63,266 nucleotides of DNA, filler included, from Collodictyon triciliatum (GCA_043381765.1; 21 parts of 21 records of this genome joined end to end with filler, not necessarily neighbours in it); one strand, 5' to 3'. Positions 1 to 12,078 are shown, counted from the whole stretch's first letter. The notes: generated by a model from the sequence alone, not told the origin. Program-made: numbers and translations.

Positions 1-1
1 C

Positions 2-2944
2 TTGAAAATCATTCCGACCTATATACTCAATATTACCATTGTAGTTCCACCTCCCACAATCACCCGTGCGGTATAATCTACCTAAATTTGGATGTTCAAA
101 AAAACTAGCTGTAGTTTTCTCTAAATCGTTCCAATAATTTAAAGCAACTCCTATACCACCAATGCAAATTTCTCCTATTGCTCCTACCGAGGAAATATTA
201 CTAAACCTATCTAGTATATACATCTTTTGGTTTGGCATAGCTGTTCCATAAGGAATGCTTCTCCAATTTTCATTAACCTTATCTATTTTGTACCAAATTG
301 ACCAAATACTTCCTTCTGTTGCTCCTCCTAAACTTATAACTTTAACATCTACACAAGCTTTATTTATTTTTTCTGGCAATTTTAAAGGAATCCAATCTCC
401 ACTTAACAAAAATAATCTTACTGTATTCAAAGAAAAGGTTGTAAATTTATCGATGGCATCTATTAGTAAATCAGCAAGTTGAGGAACAGTATTCCAAATT
501 GTAATTTGGTGTTTATTTACTAAATCTACCCAATACACGCTATTTTTTAGCTTATCTTGCTTAGGAAATACCAAAGTACCTCCTACACATAATAACCCAA
601 ATATATCATATACAGATAAATCAAAACTTAATTCAGATAAAGCTAGTACTTTATCTGAATAGTTAACAGCAAATTCGTTGTTTATAGCATAGATTGTATT
701 AAGAACACCTTGATGACTAATAGTAACTCCTTTTGATTTACCTGTAGATCCTGAAGTATAAATCACATAGGCGACCTCTTTTGTCTTAACTTGTGGTAAT
801 TGTATGGAACTTAGCTTTATTAGTAACCTGTTATTAATCTCAATTATATTTAAGAGATCCTCAATAATAATTAGGTTATATTTACTGCTTAATACAACAC
901 TATTTAATTCAATACTGGAATATTGCTTTTTAGAGATCAATACTGTATTAACTTGTCCTGAATCCAAAATTTCAATTATTTTAATAGCTGGCCACTCTAC
1001 ATTTAATGGTAGGTAACTATGTCCTGATTGCATAATAGCTAACGTGGCTACAACTTGATTATATCCCTTCTCGCTCAATACACCGATAAGAGTACTATTG
1101 CTTGCGACTAAATATTTAGCCAATAATTCCGAATCTATCTTTAAGGTTTTATAAGTATAGTTTGAATCATCATGGTCAATTACTGCTATGCTATCTGGAG
1201 TTTTAGCGACTTGTCCTTCAAATAGTTCATGTATAGTTTTATCTTGTGGATATTCTCTTTCTGTTTGATTCCAGATTTTAACTAACTTCTGGTAATCCTC
1301 TTGCTCTACATAACTTATTTCTTTTATCTCCATTAAGCTTGTTTCATTCAATTCTGCTAATTGATTTAATATGTGCTTATATATTGTTATGAGATTATGG
1401 ATTGTTTCCTCACTAAATAAGCTTATAGCATAATTAAAGCACCCTTTTAATTCTGCATCACCATCATCTAGCATTACAGTCAAATCAAATTTTGCCACCT
1501 TATAATTTAACTCTTCATAATATGGCTCTAATAATATCTTATCTCCAACTTTTAATCCTTCATTACCAAAACTTTGAACTCCAAACATCACTTGAAATAT
1601 AGGATGTCTTGATTGATCTTTAGCTATTTTTAGTTCATCAACTAATTTCTCAAAAGGTAAATCCTGATGTAATTGTACCTCTATTATTTCTTTGCCAATG
1701 CTTTTTATATAATCTACTACTCTTATATCTTTTTCTATCTTACTTCTTAAAACTAAGCTATTTACAAAGAAACCTATTAAGTCCGTTAATTGCTGATGGT
1801 GCCTATTAGCTACTGGGGTGCCAATTACAATATCATCTTGGTTACTATAACTACTTAACAATAAGTTAAAGCCACTGAGTAATAAACTGTATAGACTTAC
1901 ATTTAGTTTTTTAGCTAAATCTCTTAACTGTATAGTTGTTTTTTCATTAATATTGAAGTAAACATCGTCTCCCCCGTAATTAATTAAATTTGGACGGGTT
2001 TTATCCAATGGAAGATTTAGATTTTCAAAGTTACTAAGTTTTTCTTTCCAGTATAATAATTGTTGTTCTAACTTTTTACCACTTAAATAAGAACGCTGCC
2101 ATAAGGCAAAATCCTTATACTGAATTCTTAATTCAGGTAAATCCAATTTTATACTTTCATTGTTAGACACACCTTCATAATAAGCATAATATCCATATAA
2201 ATCTTGCCAGAATACATCTATTGACCAGCCATCAAATGCTACATGGTGAACTACTATACTCAAATATACTTGTTGGTTGTCAATTCTATTAATTAAAGTG
2301 ATTCTAATAGGATATTCTTGATCTAATTTAAACACGTAATTTACTTCTTTATTAAGTAACGCATTTAATTCAATTTTATTACCTACATCATAATAATTTA
2401 GCTCAAATGGACAGTTTGATAAATCACAGACTTCTTGATAGCCATTACCAGTTGCATCCATTTTAAGTAAGCTATGCAATACCTCATGGCGAGACACAAT
2501 ACTTTTAATAGCACATTCAAATAATCCTATATCAACTCCTTCTACTAACTTTACCACTAATGGAATATTATAAGCATTACTTCCCCCCTCATATTGCTCA
2601 ATAAACCATAACCGCTCCTGAGCAAACGAAAGAACATTATTTATGGATAACTGATTGTTAGTTTTAGGGATAGTTATCACTTCACTATCAGCACCACTTA
2701 TTACAATGTGTAATAATGAAGCAATTTTCTTATATTTAAATAAACTTAATATACTTAATTTTATACCGAGTTGATTTAATAATCTGCTTACTAACTTAAT
2801 TGCTAAAATACTATTTCCACCTAATCTAAAAAAGTCATCCTGAATTCCTACTTTATCACTAGGTAACCCTAAAACTTCAGCAAATATTTGACATATTTTA
2901 GCTTCTATTTCATTTCTTGGCGCTACATAGCTGTCAGTATTAAT
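2..2944 (-). CDS. Non-ribosomal peptide synthetase fragment: PCP - condensation - adenylation (Cys-type); open at both ends
   Basis: Manual minus-strand translation, same frame at both ends (981 codons), no intron seen. PCP DDFFRLGGNSILA (~2800-2840); C domain SFAQERLWF, RHEVL, HHVAFDGWS (~2222-2248), HQDLPFEKLV; A domain AYVIYTSGSTGKSKG, FDLSVYDIF, LSGDWIP, SLGGATEGSIWS, GEICIGGIGVALNY, LYRTGD. Likely absent from the ORF track because it runs off position 1. Confidence 0.95.
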   Translation of the reverse strand, partial: MNTDSYVAPRNEIEAKICQIFAEVLGLPSDKVGIQDDFFRLGGNSILAIKLVSRLLNQLGIKLSILSLFKYKKIASLLHIVISGADSEVITIPKTNNQLSINNVLSFAQERLWFIEQYEGGSNAYNIPLVVKLVEGVDIGLFECAIKSIVSRHEVLHSLLKMDATGNGYQEVCDLSNCPFELNYYDVGNKIELNALLNKEVNYVFKLDQEYPIRITLINRIDNQQVYLSIVVHHVAFDGWSIDVFWQDLYGYYAYYEGVSNNESIKLDLPELRIQYKDFALWQRSYLSGKKLEQQLLYWKEKLSNFENLNLPLDKTRPNLINYGGDDVYFNINEKTTIQLRDLAKKLNVSLYSLLLSGFNLLLSSYSNQDDIVIGTPVANRHHQQLTDLIGFFVNSLVLRSKIEKDIRVVDYIKSIGKEIIEVQLHQDLPFEKLVDELKIAKDQSRHPIFQVMFGVQSFGNEGLKVGDKILLEPYYEELNYKVAKFDLTVMLDDGDAELKGCFNYAISLFSEETIHNLITIYKHILNQLAELNETSLMEIKEISYVEQEDYQKLVKIWNQTEREYPQDKTIHELFEGQVAKTPDSIAVIDHDDSNYTYKTLKIDSELLAKYLVASNSTLIGVLSEKGYNQVVATLAIMQSGHSYLPLNVEWPAIKIIEILDSGQVNTVLISKKQYSSIELNSVVLSSKYNLIIIEDLLNIIEINNRLLIKLSSIQLPQVKTKEVAYVIYTSGSTGKSKGVTISHQGVLNTIYAINNEFAVNYSDKVLALSELSFDLSVYDIFGLLCVGGTLVFPKQDKLKNSVYWVDLVNKHQITIWNTVPQLADLLIDAIDKFTTFSLNTVRLFLLSGDWIPLKLPEKINKACVDVKVISLGGATEGSIWSIWYKIDKVNENWRSIPYGTAMPNQKMYILDRFSNISSVGAIGEICIGGIGVALNYWNDLEKTTASFFEHPNLGRLYRTGDCGRWNYNGNIEYIGRNDFQ

Positions 2945-3044
2945 NNNNNNNNNNNNNNNNNNNNNNNNNNNNNNNNNNNNNNNNNNNNTTAATTAATTAA
3001 NNNNNNNNNNNNNNNNNNNNNNNNNNNNNNNNNNNNNNNNNNNN
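2945..3044. other. Artificial contig spacer 44N-TTAATTAATTAA-44N (first of 20)
   Basis: Identical 12-mer with stops in all six frames inside N runs at 2989, 6033, 9083, 12123, 15157, 19697, 22736, 25773, 28809, 31845, 34880, 37911, 40947, 43981, 47013, 50045, 53076, 56106, 59136, 62165. Confidence 0.99.
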
Positions 3045-3088
3045 TCATATTCAAAGTCTCGATGACAATCATAAACCCACCATTGTAG

Positions 3089-5988
3089 CTTACATCTTTA
3101 CCAACATGCATGAGCACACTGACGAATCTTCATGGGCTTTTGACCCACAACAACCCGGTATCGCACCAATACGTTCCATCAAATAAACACTTTCGAAAGA
3201 CGGGAGATGAAATGAATGGTATGACCAACACTATTTTTTTCCAAAAAAAAAACTCGGTAGGTTGAAGACATCCCAGTATGGATAACTCGGCTTGTCAAGC
3301 TCATGGACTTACAAATCGAGCATGGAGGCGCCATCAGCGCAAAGCGGTCTCCACGAGGAATCACAGCTCTTCCATGCTGGACAAACCAGAATAAGCTTGA
3401 TGGGATGAAGAAATCTATTTCTGAATCACTCAAAGGACTGGTGTACTCAATCATTCACTCCAACCGCAACATCACAACAGTGGACTTATCCATGATTGAG
3501 GACTACAAGCAATATGAGAGTATCGATATATCCAACAATAAGGTACTTAACACGTTTACGTTATCTGGACACTTTCTAGCAGACATATTAAAACACGGTA
3601 TTTGTCATAGCTATCGGCATTACCAGAAGATATCTCAGGACTGACCATTCTCAAGCGATTGAGATTATCACATAACCAGGCAAGTTTATCTATCATCTAT
3701 ACGAAATCAAACAATTTATCTACACATCATCAACTTTGAATCGAATAAAGGAAAAAAAATCTACATATCATCATTTTTTTAGGCTTAATCCCAGTACAAT
3801 TGTACCTATCGTCCGCGCCTATCAAGTAACTATATAAATCCAAAAAACACAATAGCTATATGAACTTCCGGTCGGTATGTCACTACTAGGCAGCCTCAGT
3901 TATGTAGAGCTTGGAAACAACAAGGTAACAACCATCATCAAAGAATATTAGAGAATATGTAAAGAATCCCCAACAACAGCGCTTTCTTACACAACTCTAT
4001 TTCAGTTCACCTCGGTTCCCTCGTGCCTCAGTGCACTGACAAGTCTACAAGGCCTTTTACTCCATAGCAACCCGGTATGTTGCGTGCATGAAGAATAGCA
4101 GCACGTTTTTTTTTTCTCATGGGATGTTATATATAAACGAGAATATAACTTTTTAATTCTAATATACGTATGATAGATTGAAGACATCCCAGTGTGGATA
4201 ACTCATCTCACAAAACTGAACGACTTACAAATCGAGCACGGAGGCGTTATTAGTGCAAAGCGGTCTCCACGAGGAATCACAGCTCTTCCATGCTGGACAA
4301 ACCAGAATAAGCTTGATGGGATGACTTTGTCTGTCTCAGAGTCACTCAAAGGGCTGGTTTACTCAATCATTCACTCCAACCGCAACATCACAACAATAAG
4401 TGCACCGATGATTGAAGACTACAAGCAATATGAGAGCATCGATTTATCGGACAACAAGGTTGCCCAATATATAATTGTTATTCAAACTTAACCGATCTTA
4501 TTAAGATGAGAAAATTACTCAATCAGTGATTGCATTCTTTTACTGCAGTTATCTGAAATTCCTGAAGGAATTAAAACATTTGTGGGTTTGAAGCGACTCA
4601 GCTTTTCACGAAACCAAGCAAGTTTATTGAAAATATATAATTTCATCATCCTTCATGAATTTAACATTGAAATAACGAAATTCTCAAAATTATAGATCTC
4701 TGAGGTCCCTTTGAGTATGTCTCAAGTGACAAACTTGACCCACCTCGAATTGGGCAACAATATGGTAGGGACTTAGATATTTCTTTTATAGTCTATAAAA
4801 ACAAAACCTAATAGAAATGTGGAATATAACTACATGAATCTAACCATTTAACCTCTAGTTTACGTCTGTTCCATTATGCATTAGCGCTCTGACGAATCTT
4901 CAAGGGCTATTAATCCATAACAATACAGTATTGAATAAATAAATCAAAATTTATAATTTTTGTTGTTTTAAGTGCATCCGAAAAAGATAACATTTAAATA
5001 TAAGCACACAAAGTAAATTTTCGCGGTATGGTAATCACCAGATTGAAGACATTCCAGTATGGATAACTCGGCTTGTCAAGCTCATCGACTTACAAATCGA
5101 GCACGGAGGCGCCATCAGCGTAAAGCGGTCTCCACGAGGAATCACAGCTCTTCCATGCTGGACAAACCAGAATAAGCTTGATGGGATGACTTTGTCCGTC
5201 TCAGAATCACTCAAAGGACTGGTGTACTCAATCATTCACTCCAATCGCAACATCACAACAATCGACTCATCCATGATTGAGGACTACAAGCAATATGAGA
5301 GTATCGATATATCCAGCAATATGGTAATCAAGTAAACAAAATATTAGCCTTGTTTTTCAATTTCTAATATAAGGTGTAGAGCTTCACACTGATTATATAT
5401 CCAGGTGCCTAAAATCCCAGGGAGCTTCCAAGAGTTCATCATTCTAAAAAAACTATGTCTATCACGAAACGAGGTGATATTGTAGAACCATTGAAGTCAT
5501 TTATTTTAAAGCCCAAAAAAAACACCTTAGTTTACTGTAACTTGCATACCCAGATTTCCGAGCTCCCTTCGGGAATGTCTCAACTGACGAAGCTATCATT
5601 CATCGAACTTTATAATAACAAAGTAAAGAATACGTTTGTTTTGGTTAAAATAATGCATTATTTTTATGCAACATAGATAATATTTTCAAAAACTTTTTGC
5701 AGTTTACCTTTGTCCCGACGTGCATAAGTGGACTGACGAATCTTCATGGTCTCTTGATTCATAGCAACCCGGTAACGTATAACACCGGTTTCAGCATGAA
5801 TTTTTCTTTTGTTTGAAGCCATCATAGTGAAGATAAAAGTAAATTCTGCAAATTTTATTACGTGCAATCAGATTGAAGACATCCCAGTGTGGATAACTCG
5901 CCTTGTCAAGCTCATCGACTTACAAATCGAGCACGGAGGCGCCATCAGCGTAAAGCGGTCTCCTCGAGGAATCACAGCTCTTCCATGC
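3089..5988 (+). CDS. Leucine-rich repeat protein, internal fragment made of a repeated four-exon cassette
   Basis: Phase-0 69-nt LRR exons at 3089-3157, 3611-3679, 3856-3924, 4006-4074, 4549-4617, 4696-4764, 4859-4927, 5405-5473, 5554-5622, 5703-5771 (e.g. LSALPEDISGLTILKRLRLSHNQ, ISELPSGMSQLTKLSFIELYNNK). 282-nt exons at 3261-3542, 4177-4458, 5042-5323 and a truncated one from 5872. All have AG acceptors and GT or GC donors. Confidence 0.9.
3733..3758 (+). mobile_element. Ultra-short poly(A) retro-insertion, copy 1 (in an LRR-gene intron)
   Basis: ACTTTGAATCGAATAAAGG-A(n) between atctacacatcatca (3718-3732) and atctacatatcatca (3759-3773). Confidence 0.85.
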
Positions 5989-6430
5989 NNNNNNNNNNNN
6001 NNNNNNNNNNNNNNNNNNNNNNNNNNNNNNNNTTAATTAATTAANNNNNNNNNNNNNNNNNNNNNNNNNNNNNNNNNNNNNNNNNNNNTATCAGCAGTAT
6101 TCTGTGCAAAATATTTCTCTTTTTCCGAGTCGCAATGATTGACACATCTGTCGTTTTGTTAATTACATAAGGAGCAGTCATTTACCGAGTACAGTGCAGA
6201 GTCATCAATGAAGAGGCTCGATGCCAAACACAAGATAAACATCAAGTTTTAGAATGTAAAATAGAGCTTTAAAAGCAAAATTGATATCAAACGAAAAAAA
6301 AATTTCGAATAATTTTGATTTTATTATCCTTGAACTTCAATATTTTCTCGCAAGTGGAGATGATTACTTTTTTATCTGCTTGGCTAATCTATATTAGTGA
6401 TGCTTTGAGTTTATTGACCGATTGATAGAT

Positions 6431-6474
6431 TTTTTTTTTCCTTTATTCGATTCAAAGTGTAGCGAGGTTATGCC
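6431..6474 (-). mobile_element. Ultra-short poly(A) retro-insertion, copy 2
   Basis: Reverse complement GGCATAACCTCGCTACACTTTGAATCGAATAAAGG-A(n); perfect 18-bp duplication attgaccgattgatagat at 6413-6430 and 6475-6492. Confidence 0.9.
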
Positions 6475-7308
6475 ATTGACCGATTGATAGATGATGCAAC
6501 ATACAGCCGCGGCCATGAGCAACCGTTTCATAAAGCACAACATAATTCTAGCAGCTGGAAACATCGTCATATCTCCGTATTCAGTCGACGTCATAAGCTG
6601 CGGAATGTGGGAAGGAATGAGCACTTGTGCGTCGGGATTGCGCTCCGATGCAAGAAGAACGAGAAAAATAAAATATTTATCTTGTATGAAAGAGTGAGAA
6701 AAACAGAAAAATTGTGTTCTCTTACACATTGATGATGAATGATGTGCAGCAGATTGAATTATGGACGACATACTTTTCTCACTTTCATGGCAAAGAGAAC
6801 CTTTGCAAGATGCACCGTGGCCATGCAAACAACATGCGAATGAGGCTGGAAAATATCATCTAATCCAGTGCTTGGAGAAAATCGAATTAGCGCGATGGAA
6901 TCAAAGAAATATCTTGGATGATGTAATTGCAGAGCATCTGAAAAAACAGTTGGGCACTTGGAGATGAATAAGTATCGACGGTTCAATTAAGCTTCCGATT
7001 CTGATAGTAACATATCAATATATATATTGGTAGCAACTGCATACTTTGATTTTTAGAGGGTTCTGACGGCGATGGCGCTGTGTGGGTCGGGCATGTATCC
7101 TTACTCGGCGTGTATGTCACCATTATTTGAACAAGAATGATGATTTTATTCTTTTCCTGATGTTTTTTAACTCATTTACACCAAATATCCAAATAATGGC
7201 TTCAAAGTTATGTTTTTCTAGTCCAAAAAATACATCTATATCTCTTCATGTGCTTTATTTTAAGGTAGGTTGTATTCAGTCCCTTTGGTTTTGCACAAAA
7301 ACCACACG

Positions 7309-8330
7309 GATGGCAACCAAGTCTCAACTTGACGACGAGAATGTGGTATACGAGCATTACTGGACGCGACTGGTGGAGCGAGCAGCGGGACTGCAGGAGA
7401 AGGGACTTTGCCCGGCCGGCTGCGTGGTGCGCCTNNNNNNNNNNNNNNNNNNNNNNNNNNNNNNNNNNNNNNNNNNNNNNNNNNNNNNNNNNNNNNNNNN
7501 NNNNNNNNNNNNNNNNNNNNNNNNNNNNNNNNNNNNNNNNNNNNNNNNNNNNNNNNNNNNNNNNNNNNNNNNNNNNNNNNNNNNNNNNNNNNNNNNNNNN
7601 NNNNNNNNNNNNNNNNNNNNNNNNNNNNNNNNNNNNNNNNNNNNNNNNNNNNNNNNNNNNNNNNNNNNNNNNNNNNNNNNNNNNNNNNNNNNNNNNNNNN
7701 NNNNNNNNNNNNNNNNNNNNNNNNNNNNNNNNNNNNNNNNNNNNNNNNNNNNNNNNNNNNNNNNNNNNNNNNNNNNNNNNNNNNNNNNNNNNNNNNNNNN
7801 NNNNNNNNNNNNNNNNNNNNNNNNNNNNNNNNNNNNNNNNNNNNNNNNNNNNNNNNNNNNNNNNNNNNNNNNNNNNNNNNNNNNNNNNNNNNNNNNNNNN
7901 NNNNNNNNNNNNNNNNNNNNNNNNNNNNNNNNNNNNNNNNNNNACGCCAAGCTGCTATCGCCGAAAAAGCTGCCCAACAGATGTCCTCCCACCAGAGGAG
8001 TGCATCTGCATCTGTGTCTGTGTTCCAAAGACTCGCCTCCACGGCCGCCCACACGCCGGAGCAGACCGGAACAAAGCGGGAGCGCACCCTCAACAGCAAC
8101 GAGAGTACCCACTCCAACGAGCACAAGTATCGTGAAGGCATGTTTTCCAACCACATCCGTACACGCGGTCAGTCTCTCACCGACGTCGTCTCGCCCGTGG
8201 TCAAGCTGAACATGCCTCACAGAGAAGCTGCCACAACCACGCAGCCACGCAAGAATCGGGATTCGCCCTGCAGGCAGGGGAGTCCGCCATACGCAAGTGA
8301 AGCCGGTAACTACGTACCGCACCAGCCACA
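7309..8330 (+). CDS. Possible GC-rich coding segments of unknown function on either side of an N gap
   Basis: ATG at 7309 (MATKSQLDDENVVYEHYWTRLVER...) and an open GC-rich frame after the gap (RQAAIAEKAAQQ...SVSVFQRLAS). No family recognised; the two sides may not be one gene. Confidence 0.3.
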
Positions 8331-9738
8331 CGGCGACACAAGAGCCATAGACGTGTCTTTGGAGGAGGGTTACGCCTCCGCCTCCTCCTCTAAATTCGCC
8401 CTGTGTGGCCCGGCGCTCTGCCTATGAGCGCATTGGGGGACTAACGTTTCCCATCTTGAAGGGTGGCTCAAAGAATCCTTCTTTCCCTTCGCTCCGGAGG
8501 ATTTGCGATATATTTGGTTTTTAGACACATATCGACCTTGGCAGCTCCCTCAATCATTCAGGACCGATTCCTGAAGATGCCATTCAAGAGAGAGGTGAAA
8601 TGTTGCTCACCTTCACAACCCGTCGAGTGTCAAAACAATTTGAAACCAAGAATCCTTTCCTGGATACCTCGCATCAGTCCTGACCTCCTCTATGGGTATA
8701 CCGACCATCATACCCATATCCTACCCCAAACGAACCCATTAACAGACTTCCTGAGCCGGGAGACTGCAGGCAGCTAACACCTCATGACATGTGAGTCCTG
8801 AATAGCTGAGCAAATCCACTTGCAAGACCTGCGGTAACAAAGCCAAAACTCCCGACCTTGGTTGAAAGAGACACCAGGGGGTGGAAGCTTATAGCCATAG
8901 TTTTGCAAGCAAGAGGGAGAAGTCCCTTCGACAACCCCCACTGAAAAGACCCTAATACGGTCTGGAAGGAGGTGAGTCAACCATGCAGAGAAGTCCTCTT
9001 TGCACTCGACCTAGTGCTTATGAAACGAACCTCACTTCNNNNNNNNNNNNNNNNNNNNNNNNNNNNNNNNNNNNNNNNNNNNTTAATTAATTAANNNNNN
9101 NNNNNNNNNNNNNNNNNNNNNNNNNNNNNNNNNNNNNNCTTTTTTTTTTTTTTGTCTTCTGGAGTCACGATTAAAACTTGATACTAGATTGATTTAAACC
9201 ATTTCATTATAGTGGGATCCGATATAAATGTTCTCTTGCTTTCAACTGATGGTATGAAATTCTTGAACCACCTCTTGCTCGATGGCATATGAGACCTTTT
9301 TAATCCGTGTGCCCTTTAGAAAAAGTTCACAAGCGAATAAATTCCATTTTCAATCAAAGATTCATTTTATCTTCCATTCATGGCATTTTCATCTCGAAAA
9401 TTTCTTGAAATATATTATATTAATATATGTTTGATATCAATACTTATGGTACACAAGGAATTAAGTTACATTCACCAATATACTGCTTAACTTCATTTAT
9501 TCTTTCCTATACATCTGTAGCCTAAATCACATTAAATTATACTTCATTTTCTAAAAATATATATGTATTTACTTAACTTCACTTTATTTGATTGCTATTT
9601 ATTTTTATTAACTTTTATTAATTTTTTCTTAGAGAGGGGGAGGTGTATCGAAATTATTTTATATGAACTAGTATAAAATGATATTCAATCCGCCAAATGC
9701 ATTCCATTTGAAGTATTATTCTGCAGCATGCCTAATTT

Positions 9739-9765
9739 TTTTTTTCCTTCATTCGATTCAAATGT
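9739..9765 (-). mobile_element. Ultra-short poly(A) retro-insertion, copy 3 (diverged)
   Basis: Reverse complement ACATTTGAATCGAATGAAGG-A(n); flanks agcatgcctaattt (9725-9738) and agctttcctaattt (9766-9779). Confidence 0.7.
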
Positions 9766-10678
9766 AGCTTTCCTAATTTGATAGATTTTCACTCCTCATC
9801 TTTTAAATTATATATTGGTATTCTTCCTTTCATATTATAACCATGAGCTTAAAAAAACTCATTTTTCGTTTCGCCTGGATTACGCTTGATGATGTTTTTA
9901 ACAACAACATTATTTCGCAATTATATTTTTTCGCCTGATGTGATATGCAAATTTGAACGCATTTTTTACATCTAATTATCCTGCCAAACCATTCAAAATT
10001 TCATAACCCTTCATCGATTTCCTAAAAATAATAATAATGTAAATCGATAATTTAAACCTTTATTGATTTGATATATGTGCATTGATTTTTTTTTTAAAAA
10101 AAAAAAGCATACTCAAATTAATATTAACTGTGTGAGTTCATAACCTAAGTTTCTTAATAATACATGTATAACCTTTACAAAATGGGTGGAAAATCATCCA
10201 AAATTGAACACTACTGTAAAAAAAAATAAAAATAAGCAGAACAAAAAAATCACCACTCAAATGTTTGCGCATGCTGATTTTATGACCAGTATTGGTAAAG
10301 GGGAGGTATACTTCGTCAAAAAGTATATTAAATGTAAAGAAAAATAAATGGACTATACATTGTCTCCCTAAAAAAAAAAAACTTACGTCGTATAATGTCA
10401 GATATCTTGGTCATCTTATTCTTATCAAAGTGAATCACTATGCCAGTGTAAGGCGATTAATATATTCCCAATAGCAGACCGCAATCCCTCATGAGAATCG
10501 AGGTTTTTTTTTTTAATAGCATATTTTTTTCAATGCATACCCTTCATTATCAACCAAGTCGGCCATCCAGCAGCAATCATATGGAGTTTAAAATATAGAA
10601 TAAGACCGTTCAATATATTAGTATGAGGGATTTATTTTCTTCAATAGAATTGTAGAAATGTATAAAAGACTATCATTT

Positions 10679-10700
10679 TACTTTGAATCGTATAAAGGGA
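10679..10700 (+). mobile_element. Ultra-short poly(A) retro-insertion, copy 4 (diverged)
   Basis: ACTTTGAATCGTATAAAGGG-A(n); flanks aaaagactatcattt (10664-10678) and aaaaaactatcattt (10701-10715). Confidence 0.75.
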
Positions 10701-11959
10701 AAAAAACTATCATTTGATGAGTACCTTGATCGTATTTAGAAAAATTAGATAGTGACATGATGTGATGCAACCGTTCTCTTGGGTTGTGCCCAGATGTAAA
10801 ATTAAATTGAATTTTGATCTATTACGTTTCCAGCTTTTTTCTAGCATGTTCATACGCTAATATTGAAGAAACGAACCCCTCTATTTTATGACACAGTTAA
10901 AGAAAATAATTCACATGACTAGATAATAAAAATGAATTGAAATAAAACCTACACCATCGTTTATCTTTCATTTAGAAAGATTTGAATATAAAAGAAAAGA
11001 AATATCTATCATATTGTGGTGCTCCGTTTTGAGAACTTGTATTGACGATAGCATCGTCTCGAGTTGAATATAGTCTTTACTTTTGAAATATGTAAGCTAA
11101 GGGACTCCCACACGAATGTCTCTAGCACCAATGGTCTGACATTTTATTACCTCTTTATTCATCAAACGAGCTTACAACTCAAAAGAAAAATTGGAGCAAC
11201 AGGAGGGGAAATATGAAACCATCGTGGTCGAATTATACCATATGAAGAAAGGGGAAAAGAATTCTGCTTGGTTCATCAAAACTAATACCCGAAATGATTA
11301 ACTGTCATTAAATGGAAACGGACAATTGCAATTACCATTAGGGTGTTGGCCGCTTGCACAAATTTATACTCCAGAGAATATATGTATATAACACAGTACA
11401 GTTAATAATAATGTAATCATAGATACATTTTTAAAAAATACACTCTTTGGTGCTATCAATAACGATAATAAGTGACAAACTGAAAAAAAAAGAATGAAAT
11501 CAACCAGATAATTGAATGTGAACGTCGTTTATATATATACGAATATTTGGCACTGTGTTAAAAGAGGCTTTATAATGGCAATTAGAATAGTTTTTTAAAA
11601 AAAAAATCAGAAGGGACTCTAGAGGGCATGAATATGAAGTATTCAAATATCTCCACTTCGTACCTATGTTTACCTGTATGTACTCAAGTTAGGCGGGAGA
11701 AATCTGTCGGATGGTATTTCGAATCCAAATCCATGGGAGTGGCCAATCTTCCATGGTTTTTCTGTTAATATTGTGGGGATTGTCCTTGGTTATAACATTT
11801 ACTGTCGGACAGCGACTGAATTTCGGGTATTTAACAGAGGGTATACATTTCTAGTAGAATAAATTATATAAATTAGCCTAATGCGCACATATTTGAATTA
11901 TATGTATAATTCTCCATATTTATCCATGTGTATGTTACATCCATACCCTCGATAATTCA

Positions 11960-12078
11960 ATTTTTATTAGTTTTATTGGTTTTATTGTTTTTTATTGTTT
12001 TTTATTGTTTTTATTGTTTTTTATTGTTTTTTATTGTTTTTTATTGTTTTTTATTGTTTTTTATTGTTTTTTATTGTT
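11960..12078. repeat. (TTTTTATTGT)n-like simple repeat at contig end
   Basis: Direct reading. Confidence 0.9.

Noticed and set aside
255-1016. Plus-strand ORFs 255-482 and 804-1016
   Set aside because: Antisense shadows of the NRPS reading frame.
2989-3000. Regularly spaced TTAATTAATTAA palindrome as a biological repeat or CRISPR-like array
   Set aside because: Always embedded in exactly 44 N on each side and has stops in all six frames: an assembly linker.
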